From Candidatus Saccharimonadota bacterium (GTDB lineage Bacteria > Patescibacteriota > Gracilibacteria > BD1-5 > UBA2023): a DNA stretch of 32,000 nt. Below the pieces are notes generated by a model that saw only the letters and a program-made list of their open reading frames with translations, was not told where the DNA came from and ran no database searches. Made by a program: the position numbers and the translations under genes. Where the stretch lies: the NCBI GenBank assembly GCA_046350815.1, contig JAXLZO010000001.1, positions 1-32,000 of the forward strand, given 5' to 3'. How positions within the stretch are numbered: the stretch's first letter is position 1; every line of letters starts with the position of its first letter. Below, one piece after another: positions 1 to 9,493 of the stretch.

Positions 1-292
1 GAAGGGAAGCAAAAAGCTCCTCAATGAAGGGAAGCTGAGAACGTAGTTCATCTGGCATCTTATCTCGTGTATTCTTGTATGCTTCATAAGTTGAGCTCCG
101 AATCATAGGCCCTGGACCATCATATGCTACAACAATCCCATCTGGTTGATCATCCTGAAGGAGTGAAACAAGAAGTTTTGTCATGCCATAAATCGCATTT
201 ACCGGCATACCAGATTTTGTATGCATTGTAGGTACTGCAAAAAAATTGCGATAGATGAGATTGAAGGCATCAAGTACAAAAAGTTGCTTCAT
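1..292 (-). CDS. polA: DNA polymerase I N-terminal 5'-3' exonuclease domain (5' end of the gene; continues off the left edge)
   Basis: Minus-strand ATG at 292. Translation is MKQLFVLDAFNLIYRNFFAVPTMHTKSGMPVNAIYGMTKLLVSLLQDDQPDGIVVAYDGPGPMIRSSTYEAYKNTRDKMPDELRSQLPFIEELF, the classic Pol I / FEN-like N-terminus. From this fragment I cannot exclude a stand-alone 5'-3' exonuclease. Confidence 0.75.
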   Translation of the reverse strand, partial: MKQLFVLDAFNLIYRNFFAVPTMHTKSGMPVNAIYGMTKLLVSLLQDDQPDGIVVAYDGPGPMIRSSTYEAYKNTRDKMPDELRSQLPFIEELFASL

Positions 293-300
293 AGAAAAAA

Positions 301-1269
301 TTAAGAAGAAATTTTTACCTCTTTTGCCTTTCGTTTGACTATCTTTTCTCATCCCTCAATGTCTTTTTCATACTCACTATGATGTGATGCACGCTTGTGT
401 CTGAGACTCTCGACAAAATAAATGATGTTTTTTTTGCTGCTCGTTGTATTCGAAGCTGGCTGAATGAAGGAGAGATTGACTCGTACATTTTCACCTTCAT
501 AATTAAGACTGATTTTATATTTAAGACCAAAGTATGATTTAAAATTCTCAGCGAGCTTGCTCGTACGTATAGAGAGATGATCATCGAGAAAATGTTCAAG
601 CTTATTCATAAATTCCTGAAAACTTACCTCAAAACGGTTTGAATTATAAAGAATTTCAAGATCAATACGACGATATCATTGACTTGATAGATCTAATCGC
701 TGATTGATTTCCGTAAAGAATTTATAGTTTGGAACATATATTACACGTCATGTATGATTACCACTCTGATCTTTTGCAATCATCGATACATAGAGTGGAT
801 GAATGGCAATAATTTCACCGAGGCATTCCATACTATTGATCGAACCAAATCTCATAATATCACCGATCTTATATCGTGAAATCACATAAAAAAATGCAGC
901 AAAAGAGAGTATCACTTCTTTGAATATCAAAATAATCACTCAAACTCAAACCGCTAACAAATCAAATGCAGATCATGTTTTTTCAGCAAGAAAAACAACG
1001 ATTACAAATACAATAAACGCTATGCGAATAGTATCCAAAATTTGTACTTTCTTATAGTACTCAATATAGAACTCTGCATTACGCTTCTTATTTTGACCTT
1101 CATTTATATTTACTTGCAGTTCCTGCTCATGCTTTGCGTACACTTGTGCCTTAACACGAGCACGATAACGGCGAAGGGTAAAATCTACCGAGAAAGCAAA
1201 AATAAAAAGAATGATAAAAAACCAGTTCGCCCGAACGAATGGAACAAATGTAAGAAGAAAATCAAACAT
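301..1269 (-). CDS. MscS-family small-conductance mechanosensitive channel
   Basis: Track ORFs 973..1392, 748..939 and 349..609 are in one minus frame, joined by TGA codons at 973, 946, 940, 748, 676 and 349. The joined protein has a Gly-rich pore helix (LAVGVGVIIL) followed by YKIGDIMRFGSINSMECLGEIIAIHPLYVSMIAKDQSGNHTGRVIYVPNYKFF, the MscS beta-domain pattern. The true stop is TAA at 301-303. The start is ambiguous (ATG at 1269, 1308 or 1392). I chose 1269 because mltG read through TGA ends at 1280. Confidence 0.7.
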
Positions 1270-1279
1270 AAAAAGACTA

Positions 1280-2380
1280 TTATCGCAAATATTGTTGCAC
1301 CTTAGCATTGTGTTCTTCGAGATTGCGAGAAAGTCGAAGAACTCAATCGTTGTCATGAAGATAATACAAATACTCAGATTTATCTGATGCATCGAGTGAT
1401 GCTCGATATATATCAGCAGTCACGTTTGAGATTGGTCAGCGTGGCAATCATCGAAGAGTACGGGTATTGTACTCATTTATTTCTCGTATATGACTACCGA
1501 TAAAATTTGGAGTGCACTCAGAAGATGTGATTTTATACGCATAACATGTAGTTGCATCAGCTCACAATGCAATATTATTCTTGAGACGAGTTTTTAGTAC
1601 ACTTGCTACCTTAATATAATTAGCAGGATTTCTTTCTTCTTTTTGGAGAATAGATGCGAGAATAATATCTTTTTGAACTGTTTTCTTCTCAGCATCAGAG
1701 AGATTTTGATAGATTTTTTTATGAAATCCTTCAAGTAATTTCATAACGATCGTCTCAAGTGCTGATCCATCAGCAATCTCATGAGTATCCGGATAGAGAA
1801 ATCCTTCAAGTGAATCCATCCCGCGAAGAAAAGGATATTTTGCTGAAAAAAGGAGTGCGAGATTTGCCTGAGATGAGATGAGATCTCATGAAGCAATATA
1901 TCATCTTTTTGTTAGATATGCATCAATGTCATAGATATTCCAACCTGGCAAGATGGTAATGTTCGCAGCCTCGATTGGTTTGGAAGCTGAGAGAGTCTTC
2001 GTAATAAATTCAGAGATGGTAGCTGTTTTATCTACTGGATAGATTCAAGATTTTACAACACTCGGGACATCAGCGATAAATCGAAGATAGTAACGATATC
2101 TCCAGGGTGCAACCTTATCTTTGAATGGCTTATTATCAATGAGTGTTGAGAGTGTCTCTCATGGTGGAATCTCGATTCTGTTTGTATCCAATACGATACT
2201 ACCAACCTGAACAATACTGATATAAAAACCGAGAGAGAAAAGGAAAGAGAAAAAGAGAAAGAAACGTAGAAAATAATGCGATTTTTTTTTCTTGAGAAAA
2301 GCCCTTGGGTGATGAGTCTCAAGGGGAATTCGATGAAAAGTTCATTTTGCTTGCTTACGCCGTTCTATCGAGTTATTCAT
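1280..2380 (-). CDS. mltG: Endolytic murein transglycosylase MltG/YceG
   Basis: One minus frame runs from ATG 2380 to TAA 1280-1282 when TGA is read as Gly. It has an N-terminal TM helix (FFLFFSFLFSLGFYISIV), then ITILPGWNIYDIDAYL, LEGFLYPDTHEI and ILASILQKEERNP. The signature NEYNTRTLR-G-LPR-G-PISN has both glycines of GLPxGPI encoded by TGA (1448-1450 and 1436-1438). Confidence 0.85.
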
Positions 2381-2769
2381 GTGAAAGTTTTAAGATCTTG
2401 GTAGCTCTTTTGTACTTTTTCTACATTTTCATTCAATTCAGCCACATTGTCTTTGAGTTCTTTTGCCTGGTTTGTTTTTTCAACAGCAACACCAATCCAG
2501 CTATCTAATGTTTCTTTCGTATCTTTGAGGACACCTTGCGCCTGTGTAATAATACCAGATTGGGTTATGCTAGTCAAAGTTGATCCTGATGACTCATTCG
2601 GTGTCGACATAGCGGTGGATTGATGGATGAACGATCGAATACTGCTACCAATATTCAATGCACCACTTCCTCAGATTCGATAGGAAAAAGTATCAGCAAC
2701 AGCTGGTGCAAATATGATCAAACCAAGAACAAGAACAAGAAGAACGATAAGGAAAGAAATGAATTTCAT
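2365..2769 (-). CDS. Hypothetical small secreted or membrane-anchored protein
   Basis: ATG at 2769. MKFISFLIVLLVLVLGLIIFAPAVA is a signal peptide or TM anchor. Two in-frame TGA codons (2671, 2377). Stop is TAG at 2365-2367, overlapping the mltG start by 16 nt. No family recognised. Confidence 0.5.
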
Positions 2770-2774
2770 AGAGG

Positions 2775-3143
2775 TTATTCTCAAGATGAACCAGCAAAAA
2801 GATCACTCACAGACTCAATAGCACGAATTTCGTGATGAAGAGAGCGAATCATAGAGTCATTGATAATATTTTTATCCATACGATTGGATCATTGACTCAT
2901 AGCTGAACTCATAGTATTGGTAAACGTAGCATCAGATGATCACGGAACACCAGGAAAAAACTTAAGTGTCGCCTGAATATCTGTGCGTCGATGGCATGAT
3001 GGACATTCAACAGCAAGAGCAATACCCTCCTGTGTTAGACCCGTAAGAAAAAGATTATTATCCTTGATACGAGATTGACAGTGTGGGCAAGCAAAGGTTG
3101 TTACTGCATTGGCAAGAATGGTCTTAAGTACGAGGTAGTTCAT
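2775..3143 (-). CDS. Hypothetical zinc-ribbon protein (CPHC...CPSC)
   Basis: Translation begins [55 protein letters not shown], with two CxxC pairs. It continues through TGA at 2940, 2889 and 2781 to TAA at 2775-2777. The start overlaps the gltX stop by 20 nt. Confidence 0.45.
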
Positions 3144-4620
3144 AGGAAGATTTGAGAAAATTATAAGCACCATTGAGACGTGCAAGACTTTCGCTCATTC
3201 CAAGGATAGAAATCAGTTCGAATGCACCAGGAGAAAATTGTTCACCCGAAAGTGCTACACGGACTGGATAGAGAATTTGACCATTTTTCAGACCAGAAGA
3301 TGCAATTTTCTCAAGAAATTGTTTTTGCAATTCCTCAGCGGAAGCATGAGAAGATGTTGTGAGAATATCTCTTGCAAAATCAATTGCCATGAGAACTTCC
3401 TCAACACTTGTTACTTTCATTTTTTCATTACAAAATGTCTCGAGTACATAGTGTTCTGGGCGAATATAACAACATTTTGAGAGTTCGCTAAATTGAGAGA
3501 GTGTTGGTAGCCTCATTCCCACTTCTGCAATAACCTTCAAGTGGTATTCTCGATCAAAACTTATCCATGTAGTTGAAGCATATTCATTCTGATACTGCTT
3601 GAGATATGCATCGAGACGATCATAGAGTTCATCTCTGCTCAATTTTGCAATATATTTGCCATTCATCCATGTGAGCTTTTCCATATCAAATATCGCACCA
3701 GCTTTCTGAATATTCGCTACATCAAATCGTTCGATCAGATCCGAAAGAGTGAAAAATTCTTCTGTGGTCTTTGGATTCCATCCAAGAAGAGCAATGTAAT
3801 TAATGATTGCTTCTACAAGGTATCACTTTTCGAGAAAATTATCAACACTTACGTCACCATTTCGCTTTGACAATTTCTTACGATCAGTTCCCAGTATAAG
3901 AGGAAGGTGTCCGTACCGTGGCAATTCAATACCCAATGCTCGAGCGGTGAGAACTTGTTTTGGGATAGATGATATCCACTCTTCACCACGAAACATATGT
4001 GTAACTTTCATAGCATAATCATCCAATACAACTGCGCCATGATAAGTGGGTATGCCATCTGTTTTTAAAAGCACCTGATCCTCCACCTCATTCGTAGCAA
4101 ATTCCAATCGTCCGCGAATCATATCATCAAATATAATTTTTTCTCCCTTTGGTACTTTGAGACGTATAGAATAACTCTCACCCGCATCAACTCGTGCACG
4201 CGCCTCATCATAGGGAAGTTCCCTATCTTTCGACTGAAAATGGGTGGGGAGTCAAAGAGCTTCTTTTTCAGCACGATCAGTCTCTACCTCCTCAATCGTC
4301 GCAAAACAATAGTATGCAAATCCATCTGCAACCATCTTATGAAGATGTTTTTGGTAAAATTCGATGCGTTCTGATTGGACATATGGTCAATTGGGTCCGC
4401 CTATGCCATATCATTCATCAGGAGTACAACCAAAAAGCTTCAGAAGTCGCAGAAAATTATCACTCGCTCACTCGACAAATCGAGTCCGATCTGTATCTTC
4501 GATTCGGAGGATAAAAGTTCCATTATTTTGCTTTGCGAGCAAATACGAATAAAGTGCTGTTCGAATCGAACCAATATGAAGTGGGCCTGTCGGGCTCGGC
4601 GGAAAACGAGTAACAATCAT
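3124..4620 (-). CDS. gltX: Glutamyl-tRNA synthetase
   Basis: ATG at 4620. [55 protein letters not shown] carries the HIGH motif. PDEGYGIGGPNGPYVQSER has conserved glycines supplied by TGA. Also present are [18 protein letters not shown] and KLSKRNG (KMSKS-like). Track ORFs 3823..4122 and 3124..3684 are the same frame. Stop is TAA at 3124-3126. Length is 1497 nt. Confidence 0.9.
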
Positions 4621-4676
4621 AAAAAACAAAATCATAGATAGTGCACATTATAGCAAATTTCCTTAAAAAATCGAAT

Positions 4677-6197
4677 ATGTTTATAACCCCCCTTGGACAT
4701 ACGGAATGCCTCATCGAAATTCCCAATAATAAGAACGAACTTGTTCGTATTCTTGTTGACAGTTGGTTTTCAGATGTATGTGTTGGTGATCTTATGGCTC
4801 GGCGCGAGCGAGTCAGATTCGATTATGACACGCTTCCAAAAATTGATTATATTTTTATTTCACACAGTCACCTTGATCACCTTGATCCGTATTTTCTTAC
4901 AGAATTTTTTAGATACCAATCCCCTACTCTTTTGATCCCAGAGACATGTCAATTTGTCGTGGATATTCTGAAAAAATACCTGCCGGAGGTAAAAGCGATG
5001 ATCATGAGGAATAATGAAAAAATACAGAAGGATGGGGTCACTATTGAATGAGTGATCTGGTCAAGTAATGATGTAGGTAATGAAGAAGATGTTATGACGC
5101 TCTTTGTGAGCAATAGTGAAAGCATGGTCTATCATGAGATTGATACAAAAACACCTTTTAATGAAAGTGAAAGACAACTTCTCGAGAAAAAAATCACTCC
5201 TCACAGATGAAAATCCCTTCTCCTCATAGAATCAGGAAACGAGATTGAGACACAACTACGATCTCTTGAGACGATAAAAATGAGTGAGAGATGAGATATA
5301 GTAAAAAATGCCGAAGAAATATGGAGTGAAAAAATCTCCGAAGAGTGGCAGTACCTCCATGACTATGAACTTTATGATCCTCGCTATGAATCATGTGTCA
5401 CTCGAGCATGGATCGGACAAGGTATCACTGTTCCTCGCGAAATAGACGAAGGACTTTCAAATTTTCATCCACTCCCCCTTTCACGCATCGCGAGTGTCGA
5501 ATCACAAACACTCAAGGGACAAAAATTACCAAAGTCATCGTTTGCTCTCTTGCCAGGCAAACGATATGAGCTCATGAAAAATTCATGACTCAAAGAAATT
5601 CCAACAATCAAAAGCATCAAAGTGGAGCTCTATAAAACGAAGGCTGATTATAAGCACCTTGGATTTCTTGAAAGATTGCCATGACCAGCGCTTGTATCAC
5701 AAAGAGAAGAATATATAAATGATGATATTTTACTCGAACTAATCAATCATCGCTTTCTCCCATTTGGGCTCGCATCTGCAAACGATCCACTCAAGGCAGC
5801 CATCCTCTCATCGAATGATCATCGCTATCGCATTGCTTTCAAGACGCGAAATGGTGATATCATTGCAGTCTATGGATTCTCATGGGCAACCGGTAAATAT
5901 GCACGAGAAGAGAAGATCGTCGAAATTTCTCGAATAAGTGAGATATATTTTCTCGATGATATAGCTGATTTTCTCGAAGGAAAGCAAGAGCTTTATTCAG
6001 TATTTGTGCACGAAATGCAGAGAGGAAAATCCTATAGACTCTGGAATATACTCGGTGCTAATTTTATCAATACTGATCTTCTCGTGAAGAAATACAGCTA
6101 TCATTTTGAGCGAGCAAAACAATGATGGAATAATAAAGAACTCAATGAAGAACTTTTAGAGATATATCAGAGGAAGATCAAAGTTATAAAAAAATAA
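4677..6197 (+). CDS. MBL-fold metallo-hydrolase with a long uncharacterised C-terminal extension
   Basis: Start MFITPLGHTECLIEI is a typical MBL N-terminus. The HxHxDH motif appears as ISHSHLDHLD. The frame continues through seven TGA codons (5049, 5208, 5292, 5586, 5682, 6123 and one more) to TAA at 6195-6197, giving 506 aa. I checked codon by codon and found no in-frame TAA or TAG. Confidence 0.75.
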
Positions 6198-6237
6198 GAA
6201 TACTAAGCCTCATCTATACAAATACTAACGTAGAGAA

Positions 6238-6418
6238 AGATCCTGAAGTAAATATCTGTCATCCTCGCGGAGGCGGGGATCTCATTTCAAATCCATTACG
6301 TTCCTGTAATTAAGATGAATCTCGATAGGCTTCAAGAAGTCCAGTGAGCAGCACAGACGTCGCGAATCATGGATCTATCACCGTCTATTCCGAAGATTCC
6401 CGCCTCCGCGGGAATGAC
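6238..6418. repeat. MITE-like element with inverted GC-rich hairpin repeats (GTCAT...GATC family)
   Basis: GTCATCCTCGCGGAGGCGGGGATC (6258-6281) matches the reverse complement of GATTCCCGCCTCCGCGGGAATGAC (6395-6418) at 21 of 24 positions. Each arm is itself a hairpin. The pair is preceded by AGATCCTGAAGTAAAT (6238-6253), which recurs at 30052. Confidence 0.5.
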
Positions 6419-6488
6419 ATGATAAAAAGCCTTGTAACAAGAAATATTTCGTCTACAACACGGAAGTTTACAATCTTTCTTTTCTTCT

Positions 6489-6911
6489 ATGGTCTCACTC
6501 AATTGGCTTGAGATTATCGTTATTACGATTGGAATATTTGTTATTGGAAATTTCTGGTTCGGACCGATCTTTGGAAAAACATGGATGAGAATCCATCATG
6601 GAAGCGATAGAATGTCAGAATCTGAGATGAAAAAGGCAATGAAGGGGATGTGGAAACTCATGTTTACTGAATTCATTGCAACTTTTATTATGGTAATGAC
6701 ACTCGAATTTTTGATACAAATTCTTCCAAGTTATTCTGGCATACACATTGCATTCATAATATGGCTTGGCTTTATTCTCCCCATGACAGCAAGTAACGTA
6801 ATATGGGGAAACGACAAAAAAGAATGGATGTGTAAGAAAATCGCTATTGCCAGCAGCTACCGACTTGTTACACTGCTTGCAGCTGGATATATTCTGAATA
6901 TTTGGCAGTAA
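6489..6911 (+). CDS. DUF1761-family membrane protein
   Basis: Intact in any code. MVSLNWLEIIVITIGIFVIGNFWFGPIFGKTWMRI matches the DUF1761 N-terminal pattern (NWLAV...FLWYGPLFGKAWM). About four TM helices. Stop is TAA at 6909-6911. Confidence 0.75.
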   Translation: MVSLNWLEIIVITIGIFVIGNFWFGPIFGKTWMRIHHGSDRMSESEMKKAMKGMWKLMFTEFIATFIMVMTLEFLIQILPSYSGIHIAFIIWLGFILPMTASNVIWGNDKKEWMCKKIAIASSYRLVTLLAAGYILNIWQ

Positions 6912-6927
6912 GAAATGATCTAAATGC

Positions 6928-6964
6928 AAAGCTATTCTTGTTTAAGTTTAACAAGAATAGCTTT
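6928..6964 (+). terminator. Rho-independent terminator after the DUF1761 gene
   Basis: The stem is AAAGCTATTCTTGTT / AACAAGAATAGCTTT, with 12 core base pairs (6931-6942 paired with 6950-6961), followed by a T run. Confidence 0.6.
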
Positions 6965-7058
6965 TATATATTGACTCTGTAGAAAAAACATGAAATATTA
7001 TATTTACTAAGATAAAAACATTATTATACTCTTTCACAATTCTTTATTATCAACACTA

Positions 7059-7238
7059 TGGATATCCCAAGCGGAATAGATTCAGAAAATCTTGCAGCGG
7101 AAAATTCTCTTGCTCGAGCAGAAAGAATATGGACGCAAAAACATCCGAATAGAAGACTATGAAGAACTGAGTGAACAGGAACTGATAATGCAGCACCGAC
7201 GAGACTACGGAATGAATTCAATGAAGTACAGATGCTAA
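7059..7238 (+). CDS. Possible small ORF (59 aa), hypothetical
   Basis: ATG 7059 to TAA 7236-7238 gives MDIPSGIDSENLAAENSLARAERIWTQNIRIEDYEELSEQELIMQHRRDYGMNSMKYRC. It contains no TGA and shows no homology I recognise. It sits in an otherwise empty 430-nt gap. Confidence 0.2.
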
Positions 7239-7358
7239 AAATTGGCACCCTTACTAAGATGATTTTATATCGTCAAAATTCACATCAATAAAAACAAAAA
7301 ATGTTCTTCAAGTCTTTGATCTTGAGGGATATTTTTTATTTTTTAATCTCGATATTAC

Positions 7359-7871
7359 CTACAAAATCACTTTCTGAATATCCGATCGAATAAGTTCGAG
7401 CACATTATGAGACAATTGTTTCTTGGGATATGGGGCATAATTCCCATCTGGACGGGGATCGGAAAATTCTTCACCATAAGCAGAAACAGACCTTTGTTTT
7501 GGTATCAAGTGCGCATGCAAATGTAGAACAGTGTTACTCAAAATAGCAATGTTTGGTCGAAACTCTCACCAGAGAATTTGATTCGCTCTCGACCAGATAG
7601 GGATAATAATATCGAAGAGCTCATTTCTTTCATCATGCGTTATACTAAGTAATCTCTCAGCATTTTCACGTCTTGCCCAAGCATAACAACGCCCTAAGTA
7701 CGAATATTTTCTGCATGAAGAAAAAGATCCCAATATTGCAAATGTAGCATATTGATGCGAAGATGATCGTAGAATCCATGAGAAACTACTTATACACCAA
7801 GAAAAATTCTTCCTGACCAGGCTTATACGATCAAAAATCCCCAAGAGCACTTTGAAAATATTCACCACCAA
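7359..7871 (-). CDS. HIT-family nucleotide hydrolase/transferase
   Basis: Track ORFs 7566..7871 and 7359..7541 are joined by TGA at 7566. The sequence is YLGRCYAWARRENAERLLSITHDERNELFDII...ILWGEFRPNIAILSNTVLHLHAHLIPKQ, containing the histidine triad HxHxHxx. Stop is TAG at 7359-7361. The start (TTG or GTG near 7871-7863) is uncertain. Confidence 0.7.
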
Positions 7872-8604
7872 TAATTTTCTGAGGAAAAAATTTATTTATT
7901 ACACCATTGATGCGATTTTCTCATGATCCTACAAGTATACCTGTTGAGCTATTGGAGAGATCAAAGATCGATCCAGAGGCATTCGAAAAGAGATTGATTA
8001 GGAGATTACTCGAGTTATTATGTGAAAGATTTGAATCAAGTGTAAGATTGGAAGAAAAAGCACTATAAGAACGCTCCAAACGAATCCCTTCAAAATTGAT
8101 ACGGCCAAGATGATCTGAGTATGCAAATCCATGAAGCATGCCATCACTTTCACAATAATATACTCCGTCATCTTGGGGATTATCAAGTCGAATATATCAG
8201 AGTGGTGAGACGCTCGACCCAACGTTCCCAAGAGATCGAACAAATCACGAGAATTTATACCCAAATCACTGACTACAGAGCGGGGTAGATCCAGAAATAT
8301 GAGCACCTAAATTTGTATCACTCCCCCAGTCAAAAACAAATGGACCATATAGCGTATTGATAAAGTATCATCCGAGTCGATTATCCATCGTTGTTGCATC
8401 CCCATTGGTATTGATATACTTGGTAGCACCATTATCAGACGGAGAAAAAATCACTTGTGATCCATTCGATCCAAATGATCCTGTGGACGAGGCAAGTGAG
8501 ATCGTTGTATCCAGAGCAAGAACAGAACTTGGAGGTAATCACACAAATGTAAAAGAAGCCAAACAAAACCAAACGGTAATGAGTCGAATGAATAACGAAT
8601 TCAT
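7786..8604 (-). CDS. Secreted hypothetical protein with G-x-aromatic...G-(W/Y/R)-I-x-F type repeats
   Basis: ATG at 8604. Signal peptide is MNSLFIRLITVWFCLASFTFVGLPPSSVLA. There is a single frame through TGA at 8539, 8368, 8266, 8248, 8200, 7921 and 7831. Repeat-like segments are GGYFINTLYGPFVFDW, FSGFVRSLGNVGSSVSPLGYIRLD and LHGFAYSDHLGRINFEG. The first true stop is TAG at 7786-7788. Confidence 0.6.
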
Positions 8605-8658
8605 AAAAAAACTTTCTCGAAGTATAAGTCTTTTGCAAAAATAAAAAAATTTTTCATA

Positions 8659-9432
8659 ATGAGAAAAAATATGCACCAGAAAAAATGAGGATTCACCCTC
8701 GTCGAACTCGTTGTAGTAATTACCATTCTTGGGATACTCTCTGCAGTTGGATTCAGCTTCTACGGATGATACCAAGCATCTGCCCGTGATGCTATTCGCA
8801 GTGCTGATATGGCGAACCTTGAAACTTCTCTTTCCGAAACAAAGAGATTGCGTGGATCATATCCAACACCTATCAATCCACTCGAATTTAGCTGGAGCGG
8901 ACAAATTGTTGCACTTCAGGGAAGCATAGATGAAGATACGGGAATAAATAATATTCCAAGTGATCCTCTTCTGCATCGATCATACACATACAGCACATCT
9001 CAGAAGAGACATCAATACATGCTTGCGGCGACTCTTGAAGCTGCCTATGCACAAGAATCAACCTATCTGCGAACCAATTATCAGCGTGCGAGCGTTGACA
9101 TTCTCCCATCTCTTGCATATGCAACCACCGGCACAGGAGAGATAACAACGATAAAACAAACGGCACTCCTTGATAAATCTCTAAAAAATATCCCCTACAT
9201 TCTCAGAAAAGATGATGTTAATGTTGGGCAACCAAAATCAACTGCAACCACATATGAAGACATACTCACTCAAACCAATCCTCAGGTAAAGGAGCTTCCG
9301 AAATATATCTCCGACAGCTGTAGCGAGCTTGGACTGCATCTTGCTTATATTGGCACTGGAAATTATTATCTACGTGATGCAAGTGGAGCAACAGTTGTTG
9401 GGGAGTGTAACGATACATCGGTCAGTCAGTAA
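8659..9432 (+). CDS. Type IV pilin / pseudopilin with a prepilin N-terminal cleavage-methylation domain
   Basis: Translation begins MRKNMHQKK-G-GFTLVELVVVITILGILSAVGFSFYG-G-YQASARDAI. The leader glycine before FTLVE is TGA (8686-8688). It is in the same frame as track ORF 8809..9432. Stop is TAA at 9430-9432. Confidence 0.85.
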
Positions 9433-9493
9433 AAATATATTGAAATTCAACTAATTCATCTATAATCAAGACATTATTTTCTGATTTTGATCT

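Noticed and set aside
2222-2270. A purine-rich low-complexity tract, GAGAGAGAAAAGGAAAGAGAAAAAGAGAAAGAAA, considered as a possible repeat or regulatory element.
   Set aside because: On the minus strand it encodes the Phe/Leu/Ser-rich transmembrane helix of MltG (FFLFFSFLFSLGF), so it is ordinary coding sequence.
6320-6370. An RNase P RNA-like string: AAGAAGTCCAG...CACAGAC resembles GGAAAGUCCGG...ACAGAA.
   Set aside because: The gap is only about 290 nt. The other universally conserved RNase P segments, such as AGGGUGAAA and the P4 3' strand with GGCUUA in the correct order, are absent. The string sits inside the hairpin-bounded repeat unit.
6395-6418. A tmRNA/tRNA T-arm-like sequence, GATTCCCGCCTCCGCGGG.
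   Set aside because: There is no preceding GGTTC, no acceptor stem or CCA context, and no tag ORF. The sequence is a self-complementary hairpin with an inverted twin at 6258.
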